The translations under genes and the position numbers were made by a program. Of a stretch of 64,000 nt of DNA, positions 54,701 to 62,000 are shown piece after piece; the first letter of the stretch is position 1, and every line of letters starts with the position of its first letter. The stretch is from Owenia fusiformis (Eukaryota), in NCBI GenBank assembly GCA_903813345.2, contig CAIIXF020000001.1, positions 4,030,001 to 4,094,000 on the forward strand. The letters run 5' to 3'. The notes below the pieces were generated by a model, which searched no databases, was not told the origin of the DNA, and saw only the letters and a list, made by a program, of their open reading frames with translations.

Positions 54701-57076
54701 CTGTTTGACCCCAAGAGCACCGATACCTTCGCATGTTGACAGATCAAAGTATGTTCCCTATTGCGGAATTTATTTACGATCAAACGGGACCATGCTGCGA
54801 AAATGGATTTCATTTGGACCACAATCACATTTAAACATAACAGACTGGCAAGATTCATTCCGAGCTATGGAATGCGAGAAAGAAGTGTCAGAAAAGATAT
54901 ATGAGACGACAGAAACACTATGCAATTGTAAAGAACAATGCAAGGACATCACTTACGATCCACTTATAAGTACAACACCATGGCCACATGAAAAGCACTA
55001 CAAACGAATAAACAGAAGTTTCATAAAGTACATCAAGCGATTTTCACAAATTGAAACACTATTCAGACTGAGGCTAGATAATTCAAATGGAAGGTATGAT
55101 CCATATTCTGATCTTTACTATTTCTATACCGCTCTCAAGAAAAATGAATAGCAATTCTGGGAAAAATTTTGGCCACACTACTATATGTATGCTGGTCTAA
55201 TATTTCCCCGTGACAATGTATTTCTAGACGATAAAGATCCGTACATCAAATGCAATTTCTATCCTGATTATGTCAATAGCACCGGATGGCCCATATTGTT
55301 TAAATTGGAGTTACACAATGTCACCTTTAACAAGAATCTTATCGCTAACAAGATCATCGAGAAAAACTTCCTTAAAGTGAACATTTTTTATCGGTCACTG
55401 AACGTCAATAGAATTGCGGAAGAAGCGAGTTATCCCTTCAATAAATGCAGACATTGGTGGAATCATAGGGATGTACCTAGGCATGTCCTTGTTCTCTGTT
55501 GTAGAGTTGGTGTACATTGTCATTTCATTGGTTATAAAGTTTGTGTGCAAATGTAGGAAAAAAGAAAGTGATAAAGAAGACGATGGGGAGTGAGAGAGGG
55601 TGAAAGAATGTTTGTAAGAGTGCGCGACAGAGATAGAGAAATATAGAGAAGTACTGAGAGGGGGGCAAGAGAGAGTGTTTGTGAGAGTCAAAGAGAGTCA
55701 GAGAGAGGAGGGGCAAGAGCATGTTTATAAGAGTGGGCCAGAGAAAGGGAGTGAGAGGGGCAAGAGTGAGACAGAGAGTGGGCCAGAGGTTTACATGGAG
55801 ATGAGTGGTGAACATATTAATAGTCACTATGCTTACCATGGTCAGAAGTGAAAATATACATCAGGGCTCTCGCTATGCTTTTAGACTGTGGTGCAGCACC
55901 ACAGTCTATTTAGCTCCCACCACAACCTTTTGTCAAATATTGATCATTCCCATTTTAAACTTAGCATGTAAAAAGGATAAAATATAACATAAATATAATT
56001 TATCAAAATTGAACAGATATACTGTAGATGTTTCCACCACACCTTAAATATTTTTTGGTAAGAGCCCTGTACATGGATTTTATGTCAGAGTTTATTACCT
56101 GCAAACTGACATAAGAGTGAGTTGATGAGTGCAGTGGCAACTCCAGTGGAAGTGTACCCAGATGCAGACCTTATGTTCTCAACAGCAAGTAACACCTGCG
56201 GTTCCCCTGCCTTTATAACAAGGCAGCTCTCATGGTCCAGGACATCAGAGTCAATTGTAACTGAAAAACAATGAATATAGATAAATGTATTTTGTAGAAT
56301 AAAATTTATGAGCATCTTTGAAATAAAAATGCAACATTAAAATCTAGTTATTGAAGAGTTCAGTGTATTCCCTTGTATTCTCTTGTTCTCAATGATCGCT
56401 AATAGCCTAATCTAAAAGCATCTTGTGAAGTAGATGTGGAATAAACTGGATATTATTTTCATTCTTCAGCTAATAATTGTATTTGAGGAATGCCCTCATC
56501 ACTTTCCAGTGAGTTTTGTTTTGCATTGTAAAAACTTCATTATTGTACCTGAATTTTGTATAGCTTCACATCCATTTTCTAATAAAAACTGTTGCGGCTT
56601 GTAATAACCATGAGATCAAATTATGTTAAAACGAAAGAGGCACAACAACCATCTCACCAAAAGTAAATGAGAAAAAATTGCTGATGTTTTTTTTTATTGA
56701 ATCTGAATTAACATGACGTTCAATGAAAGTATTTTACCCAGAATTATATCCCATGAAACTCAATTTTGCCTCAACCAGTTTTTGCCTCACCCATTTAAAT
56801 TTGCCTCACCAATTCTTAGAACCTGGCTGAACTCTGCTATACAAATACCATTTAAATAAATGAATGACTATTACCAGTGATTCCAATTAACACAGATCCT
56901 CCTGCATTGATCCCATTGTATGTTTTCTCCACATCAGCTGTGGCAATGGTGACATTCAGTTGTATATCATCATCATCCACAGTATCATCACTGGAGACAT
57001 AGACAGCAATGCCAAAATCTGGATCATCATCGGAGCCTCCAAGCAGAGCACTGCCTGCTCCATTCCTCAACTCCAT
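6..57076 (-). CDS. Giant multi-exon mucin-like extracellular protein: about 25 CARDB-like repeats - EGF x4 - TSP1 - EGF x3 - NIDO - AMOP - vWD - EGF. Incomplete at the left edge; 5' end uncertain.
   Basis: Dozens of short minus-strand ORF fragments are bounded by AG/GT signals and join in compatible phase wherever checked, e.g. 6-114 GGEGTFRYASCQCYNGWSGESCSDDLDGCATSPCFG, 248-490, 694-797, 4348-4501, 13277-13533, 29603-29888. The domain order is that of MUC4/SUSD2-like proteins. Confidence 0.85.
2529..2645 (+). repeat. Short dispersed TTAA-flanked element; other copies at 43644-43763 and about 51297-51360
   Basis: Shared core TCAC(C/A)ACCTGCCATTTGTTA...CACCAAC. The two fuller copies begin and end at TTAA. 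Confidence 0.55.
4150..4357. repeat. Degenerate 18-bp repeat with an approximately 72-bp higher-order duplication next to an AMOP exon donor
   Basis: AAGTGTTACCATTGTCT-type units; 4171-4242 is repeated at 4243-4314. The core TTACCATT(G/A) matches the junction at 4344-4352. Confidence 0.75.
6843..7035 (+). mobile_element. Left-end fragment of a related mariner-type element
   Basis: TA-CGAGG start, then TGAAATTTT, GTTGCTAT and GGGTAGGCGGGGCA blocks in the same order as the left arm of 43808-44879. Confidence 0.55.
7330..12677 (-). CDS. EGF / calcium-binding EGF exons with one TSP1 repeat (part of the giant gene)
   Basis: Phase-1 exons DIDECSEETHNC, DIDECSLAEE...C, DINECMESDLPC, DIDVCAIDD, SVNECDSGVHNC, DIPDCKEDSCNNKGECIEGVNSFTCDC. 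TSP1 is split over exons at about 9090-9168 (NGGWSEWS...CSSGCGPG) and about 8777-8888 (HRTCDSPAPANGGRYC). Confidence 0.9.
9961..11533 (+). mobile_element. Non-autonomous Helentron/HINE (pearl-like) element with an internal tandem repeat array
   Basis: 5' subterminal GCTCACATGGTGA (9980-9992) is the reverse complement of TCACCATGTGAGC (11515-11527). There are several long imperfect internal repeats (CCATTTTGAAAATAGGCGAGCTTTTGAACCAGGAGTCATAGG...ATCCTATCGACAGAGG), a (GACG/GACA)n tract, the 3' hairpin AGCTCAC-cat-GTGAGCT, then AAAAA. Confidence 0.8.
12845..51652 (-). CDS. Tandem CARDB-like (Ig-fold, acidic) repeat region of the giant gene, usually 2-3 exons per repeat
   Basis: Recurring motif triad DL-x-V-xx-F ... 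(Y/F/W)-(L/V)-S-x-D-xx-LD-xx-D ... C-G-x-(V/I)-Y-hhh-VD-xxxx-h-x-E-xx-E-x-NN-...-C. Examples: FYVSLDRVLDDED...LCGRVYLLAVVDSEKWIEETSEYNN; FCGEVYVIVVLDSGTAVKEIDEGNN; WLSHDDQLDMDTD...YCGAVYIIMQVDDLNAIDEPNKVNN. The CARDB label rests on motif recognition only. Confidence 0.75.
13797..14940 (-). repeat. 17-copy 66/72-bp tandem repeat of the exon 3' end plus 5' splice donor, in frame (FNDINTYVTGVSMRPDQCNGEY)
   Basis: Unit TTCAATGATATTAATACCTATGTTACTGGAGTGTCCATGCGCCCTGATCAGTGTAATG|GTGAGTAC; four units carry an extra ATGTAC. The unit count accounts exactly for the 418-aa ORF. Confidence 0.97.
18905..19150 (+). mobile_element. 3' remnant of a non-LTR retrotransposon ORF2 (CR1/L2/Jockey-type)
   Basis: RFRAGLILKAHLY...CICG...TTHHFFLNCPLLQQERCTL matches the C-terminal CCHC motif typical of LINE ORF2. 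Confidence 0.7.
25286..25358 (-). pseudogene. tRNA-like fragment (SINE head or tRNA pseudogene)
   Basis: The minus strand has an A-box-like TAGCTCAAATTG and a B-box GGTTCGATTCCC over 73 nt, but the acceptor and anticodon stems pair poorly. Confidence 0.5.
32000..32460 (-). repeat. About 11-copy 41-bp tandem repeat of a splice acceptor plus the first 17 nt of the exon
   Basis: Minus-strand unit gaatatttaatttcctattttaag|GTATATGCAACTTGGAT. The innermost copy is the acceptor of exon 31802-32015 (VYATWINTELD). Confidence 0.93.
34386..36545 (+). CDS. TRPV: TRPV-family (TRPV5/6-like) cation channel with an intronless CDS, nested antisense in host intron 32903-37008
   Basis: 719-aa ORF from actATGG at 34386. 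It has ankyrin repeats (RATGTFF, NSKGHNLLHTLIL, MTPMLLA), YGP...YDITDIE, PWKKILQLRW, six hydrophobic segments, KMIFGDVLRF, a pore helix FSNALISTYKLMLGIADL, and MLFNMLIGIMANT. An acceptor (catttag) just 5' of the ATG suggests a 5'UTR intron. Confidence 0.92.
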   Translation: MAGNQSNELVFYPPNSEENNIYDTDKTNITISHMIKTQAEDDNCHDSSESKADEKVTKLRDTFLQVIEANDMNGFTMCTDEYHELLELEIITGIYDPQLISNDTNLLRHAVTHTFDEAACILLELSDNGAVMKDKKHGVGLLHDTVIKNMPRIVEAISEKLTKEEFHELMAMRATGTFFKEHFKGLELSLEIACWAGNYKMVKSLLQINPMGVYLENSKGHNLLHTLILLCDEDNHKVTDFVKDVFMMIYNAESGKMALEYLLDMKDNNEMTPMLLAMKRGEFPFVMLVLNTVLKEVNSEYGPTRYVNYDITDIEKCPGAVSKGPTGIMYVATSADSHRLPNMLSLQPWKKILQLRWNMYKWYLLFMMLFHFAVLAYFAVNVTISPSRDELILMNNATFDWINGSSTGVGFLEQRGYVGLQGLMQFGAECCFILYGLTGFINQFAIMMRMVVRLFRARLTMSEMIQRMFNPATGSGLYGVTNLVFTFNLVLSYSFKILNLSQYVSRLSAAGSIICGFIYLTFYYRTIPYTSFFTVTINKMIFGDVLRFLVIAFGYLIGFSTAFYILFKDTEGGAPPDMDSFSNALISTYKLMLGIADLKTMKVANGYYIVTFYILYTIIMTVMLFNMLIGIMANTINDVSVHKQCFSKFQRLSTLMITEFGQFWSGGFIKKSLEKGDVSVKSVMYAGRKQKRLFIECLEIDHEARFSWISDNKQYEHFT
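40376..40445. mobile_element. Miniature Tc1-like MITE (about 70 bp)
   Basis: TA-CAGGGTGTCCATAAAG ... CTTTATGGACAACCTG inverted ends. Confidence 0.65.
41266..41480 (+). mobile_element. 5'-truncated second copy of the same HINE-like element
   Basis: Nearly identical to about 11345-11533, including the GACG/GACA microsatellite and the terminal hairpin. Confidence 0.85.
43808..44879 (+). mobile_element. Internally deleted mariner (Tc1/mariner) DNA transposon
   Basis: Perfect 32-bp TIR CGAGGGTTGTCCCAGAAGTAATGCACTATATG with TA on both sides; imperfect inverted similarity continues inward. Transposase remnants: HTH-like MKKVYEEYIPDRTTIMGWHKRFQRDDLTLYDNSKHGR and C-terminal KGQYFEK. No catalytic core seen. 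Confidence 0.9.
49850..49955. repeat. (ATTGY)n pentanucleotide microsatellite
   Basis: Imperfect ATTGC/ATTGT run. Confidence 0.85.
52226..52262 (-). CDS. Candidate start / signal-peptide exon of the giant gene (MEFSAFLLILWI + phase 1)
   Basis: ATG at 52262, then 12 mostly hydrophobic codons + G|GT. It joins exon 51561-51652 in phase to give MEFSAFLLILWIVVPEIKG-VQTEP. There is an upstream acceptor (ttttcttcag) near 52324. The donor GTTTTT is weak. Confidence 0.5.
52896..52903 (+). promoter_or_regulatory. Candidate TATA box of the DEG/ENaC pseudogene
   Basis: TATAAAAG about 55 bp upstream of the first in-frame ATG at 52953. Confidence 0.4.
52953..55593 (+). pseudogene. Intronless DEG/ENaC (FaNaC/ASIC-like) channel pseudogene
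   Basis: Motifs SSFANVTTIHA, FPSITVC, ECRFNG, YGNCYTF, GPESGL, GIRLTIH, CYRQC...CGC, CNCKEQC, NFLKVNIFYRSL and ADIGGIIGMYLGMS are spread over different frames. Lesions: frameshift at about 53713, in-frame TAG 55149-55151, frameshift at about 55445, and extra stops in the acidic N-terminal repeats (52995-53200). Terminal TGA is at 55591-55593. Confidence 0.85.
55590..55800 (+). repeat. GA-rich low-complexity tract directly 3' of the DEG/ENaC stop
   Basis: GAGAGAG/GGGGCAAGAG/GAGTGGGCCAGAG motifs. Confidence 0.7.
56099..57076 (-). CDS. Two further CARDB-like exons (56875-57076, 56099-56260): upstream extension of the giant gene or a tandem paralogue
   Basis: MELRNGAGS...AVYVSSDDTVDDDDIQL has the same S-x-D motif. 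The second exon ends LLCQFA with a phase-1 donor compatible with the acceptor at 51652. Confidence 0.7.
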
Positions 57077-58311
57077 CTGAAGAAAGTATCTTTCACTTAT
57101 AAATATGTGATTATTAATTCAAAACAATACATTTTTAATTTGGTAAAAGCACCTCTTTGGTGTATTAACATTGTAATTCTAAGAGGGGTGCAGGGAATAG
57201 AATGTACATATTTGAAAAACAATCATTTAGAGAATTGATTAATGCTATTCAATTTTTCACTATGTAGAGCTACTAATTTTATCAAATGGCAGCAATGGCT
57301 GGAACTGGCTATAGAACTGTTAATAGATTCTTATGTAAATGCGCAAAGTTATGAGATGTATGCCATATAAAAGGCATTGCTCACCTTCATTGGTGTAAAA
57401 ATAAAATCAATTTTTATTGGGGGAGGGATTACGTATCAAATAATGAAGCCACATAAACTAACCATTGAACAGAAAAATTAAGTTTGGAAAAATAAATCCT
57501 TAAGAAGGACTGTGAAAAAAACAGCAAATCAACATTAAGTTATATTAGGGGTAGGTTTAAACTTAATATTTGGACACCATCCCCTCCTGTTAATATTTTA
57601 TATTATTCATTGGTGATTCAGGTGTCAAAAAAAACAATTCATAGTCAAAGAAATATCTAAACATTATACTGATTGGATAAGTTACCAACTAAGTTTCCCG
57701 ATAAAATTGAAACAGACGGATGGATGTGGATGGAAGGTTGGACAAGAGGGCACATCTGTAGGATTGCTGTGTGAGCAAGACACACACAGAGTCATGTCAT
57801 TTTCAATGAACAGAAGCTTGCTTGCCTCTAGCTTTGAATTGAAAAACAATAAAGACAACCAGCTCATTAGGGTTCAGGTACTTACTGCATGTGAGTTCAT
57901 CAAGGAGATATAAATCATAGAGACATTGACAATAGGCACTTAAAGGGACTTGTAAATGAAAAACTATGGTATACCCATTGATATAAATTTAAAGGCATAT
58001 GAACGAAGGTGCCATACTTACACATTGCAATTGCTTACTTGATTGTGTTTCTATGTTTTTTTTAATTTATTTATTTTACATTATTAATACAAAAATACAA
58101 AATAGGTTTCATATTACTTGATTGTCAAATGTGGAATCTTTTGTGACACTTTTGTAACATCTCAACATGCATTTATTATACGGATTTCAAGTTATCTAGT
58201 TTTAAGTTCTTGAGTTATAGCAATCATACTTCCTTCTCAAATCTAGAGGCTTTTATAATATATCTGCATTTCTTAATGGTGACATAAAAATTATCAAAAA
58301 TAGATCCCTTA

Positions 58312-58419
58312 AATCATACATTATCGTTATAAACAGGATCCTTTAACAACTGTAGGTCTGAATCATACATTATCATTATAAACAGGATCCTTTAACAACT
58401 GTAGGTCTGAATCATACAT
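58312..58419. repeat. 49-bp direct tandem duplication upstream of the Pif-like gene
   Basis: AATCATACATTATC(G/A)TTATAAACAGGATCCTTTAACAACTGTAGGTCTG occurs twice, followed by a third AATCATACAT. Confidence 0.85.
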
Positions 58420-59016
58420 CATTCGATATTCGTCTTAATACAGCAATCCTAGACTGCCATCTTGTTAAAAGTCAAATCCTTGGGTAAGTTTTAATAACTT
58501 TCTTCCAATTTAATGGAGAGTTATAAAATTATTTTGAATGAACAATATCAAAAAGGAAAAATGGAGCAGCTATATTCTTTTATAGACGGTACATTTAATA
58601 CATTTTGGATGGTAAGAACATTTTGGCTTTTGTTCAATCAATTTATTTTGTCAAAAAAGGAGTCAAATCTTAGCCACGATTCAAATTGTAAACATTGATT
58701 TTTCTCTAATGAGACATGTATAGTGCCTGTGTGTCAATGTATTGTGCCATAGGCCTTTATCTAAAAATAAGCGTTACAAAGTTTCACATTTTCAAATGAG
58801 GTCCTAGACCTGCAAGAACCAAATCTGACATTCAATACTTAAAAATAAATGTTATAGTATCACATTTATATGAGTGGCCATTTTGAATTGAGTGGCCATA
58901 TTTGAAATTCCTTCTAAAGCATAGGATCAACAATGAGGAAATATGCCAGAATTCATAGATGTCGTTCATTCAATTACTTGGCATAATTGCTTGGTACTAT
59001 TTCTAGAACTGCAAAG

Positions 59017-62000
59017 ATGTTAAAACTCCTCCTTCTATGCTGCTTTTATGCTGTTTCTATGGCAATTGAAGATAACCAACCCATGATAACAGGTATATAC
59101 TTTGAAACATATGTGTAATATTATATATACTCAGTGAAACATATCATATCATTGGGTATGCAGACATCATAATTATAGATACCAATGCTTTGTACTTGTG
59201 TAGAATGACAACAGGACAAATGCTATCAATAATTTGTGTATTTGTGTGTAATGACTCTTGTTCATCATAAATACATGTGTTATGACTTCTGTTAACGATA
59301 TTGTGTAATAGAGGTTTTGCTATATTGCTTTGTAATCTCACCGAAGTCTCTTATTGAATGGAAATTTAGGAGATTCAGGAGTTTTTACTGATCTACCCCT
59401 AACAAAAATACTGCCATCGTCTATTTATCCATCTATATATCAGCTCTTTTAAGCCTTATGCTAAGAATATTGTGTTATGTCTGTATGCTAACAATATTGT
59501 GTAATCATGTGTAATGGCTTATGCTGACAATATTGTGTAATCATGTGTAATGGCTTACGCTGACAATATTGTGTAATCATGTATTATGGCTTTAATGCTG
59601 ACAATACTGTGTAATCATGTGTAATGGCTTATGCTATCTTGTTTTACAGCTATTGATGTTGATGACCCAGGTGAGCTTCTCATATTTGTCATATAATCTT
59701 ACAATTATTTGAAAGCATCTATCACTAAATCATATGTAATCTGGCTTCTTCAAAGAACATTTAAAAATAGTCTGATATTAAAGTGAATAATGAGATTCCC
59801 CAAATGCAGGGGTCTAGACATCATCCATTGTGTTCCTTGAAGAAGGAAGAAACAGACTGGCTGTCTGAACCCCTGCAATTGGAGAATGAAATTATCAGGT
59901 GTTTCTTCTAGATCGTTGCAAGACTGGCTACTTCAATGAGCAATCGGATGACTGCTGCCACTACTACCAATGTGACTTTAGTGGCAGGAAGGCATTCAGG
60001 AGGATGTGTATGGAGCCATTGGTCTGGAATGATGACATAGGGGGTTGTGCATTCAATTCTGTCCCGGACACATGTGATGATTCTGTCACGCAATGCTATG
60101 GTAATTTGCTTACATATATATTTGCTTGTATGTACCACAATACCACTTCTCAGAATTTTAATGCTTTGAGAATGTTTGAAAAGGATGTGAGAAAATCAAT
60201 GAAAATCATGCATATATTATGCACCATCAAAACACATTAAGTCACATTCAAAGTATGTTAAGAACTTCGTGCAATTTTGAATTGACTTGCAAAAGAAAAA
60301 CCCTGAATCGCTCATGCTTCTACCCATCAACTGAATTAATTTAATATGCCTATTTTCAGATCCCGTGCCCACCCCTAAACCATGTGACACTGAGGGAGAT
60401 CCAGACAGTAAGTTGCTTCCCAACAATACATTAGACTTGAACCAACATTTACATCAGCAATGAACACTATCATTTAACAGGCAATATGAACCATTAAACT
60501 GACTATAATTGACTAATGCTTACACCAGAAATGTTACTTACATGCTAAAAGTTATAGATACACATTCACTTCAACTCACACTTACAAACACCGATACTAC
60601 ACTAGGAATACAGACATAGTGAACTAATACTATGAATCATAATGACACTTATAATCATAACTTATAGAGTGTTGTGAGAGAGGAATAACATGGGACGATC
60701 ACACAACTGGTACTGGCAATATCTACACAATAAACCCAGAGCGACCAGATATTTACCAAGTATGCAACAAAAACCACAAGTGTCCACGCAGCAGCTTCAA
60801 TGTTACATCATGCAGCTGCAACCCAGTAGAAAGTGAGTAGAAAATGCTGCGGACTTATCTAAATTTTTGTAACAGTAAGTAAGACAACATACGAGTGTAA
60901 GTAGGCAACAAACGAGTGTAAGTAGACAACATACAAGTGTAAGTACACAACACATGAGTGTAAGTATGCAACATATGAGTGTAAGTAGGCAACATACGAG
61001 TGTAAGTAGACAACATACGAGTGTAAGTAGACAACACATGAGTGTAAGTATGCAACATATGAGTGTAAGTAGGCAACATACGAGTGTAAGTAGACAACAT
61101 ATGAGTGTAAGTAGGCAACATACGAGTGTAATTAGGCAACATACAAGTGTTAGTAGACAACATATGAGTGTAAGTATGCAACATATGAGTGTAAGTAGGC
61201 AACATACGAGTGTAAGTAGACAACATACAAGTGTAAGTAGACAACATACAAGTGTAAGTAGACAACACATGAGTGTAAGTAGACAACATACGAGTGTAAG
61301 TAGACAACATATGAGTGTAAGTAGACAACATACAAGTGTAAGTAGACAACATATGAGTGTAAGTAGACAACATACAAGTGTAAGTAGACAACATATGGGT
61401 GTAAGTAGACAACATATGAGTGTAAGTAGACAACATACAAGTGTAAGTAGACAACATATGAGTGTAAGTAGACAGAACGTCCCATTTCTCACTTAAATCA
61501 CAATAAATTAGATGCAAGTAGAAATTGATTTTCATCATTAAATATTCAAAATTTAGTCAAAGCGATATCATATTTGAAATTAACAGACAAAATTGCATCT
61601 ACAAACGAAGTTTTAAAACTTGTAGATCAACTCTGAAATTTTCTTTTCTTTGAAACATCACATCAAATTTTGAGATTTCCCATTGGCTCATTTGTTATGG
61701 GGCTCTTAATGGGAAAACCTGAATGTGTAGTCCCAAAGACATAAACTTCAAACATGTGTACTATACATATGAATGGGCTTATTTCCAGCTAACTGTGACT
61801 GTATGTACTGGTCCTTTTCTGCACCAGCTCCATTTGCTGATAAGAACCAAGGTGTCCCATTCACCAGGGGAAGCTGTAGAGCAGATGTAGATAATTCCGG
61901 AACTTTGGTCTGCGATGGTGAGAGCCCAGCAGAGTTGAAATATATGCAACTGGCCTATTTTGATTATGGTTTCACAATGTTTGCCAGCTTTGCCCCTGAC

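Noticed and set aside
55149-55151. Programmed stop read-through or recoding in the DEG/ENaC gene
   Set aside because: The TAG is accompanied by two frameshifts and other stops; pseudogenisation or assembly error is simpler.
12845-57076. Recent horizontal transfer or bacterial contamination behind the CARDB-like repeats
   Set aside because: The repeats are split by many spliceosomal introns with recurring phases, are highly diverged, and are contiguous with animal EGF/NIDO exons. Any transfer would be ancient and cannot be shown from this window.
236-57076. The many 60-150 aa minus-strand ORFs as separate small genes
   Set aside because: They are single exons with read-through into introns; their listed starts and stops are not the real boundaries.
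57682-57950. Linking exon(s) between 63503 and 57076
   Set aside because: Donor-like sites exist (GTAAGT near 57885), but acceptors are weak and the translations lack the repeat motif, so no exon is called.
60803-61538. Long ORFs in four frames (CCLLTLV / MLSTYTH / SVSRQHT / VVYLHSY repeats)
   Set aside because: By-product of a 21-bp minisatellite in an intron. There is no usable splice entry (the nearest AG would leave a 43-nt intron), and the gene model is complete without them.
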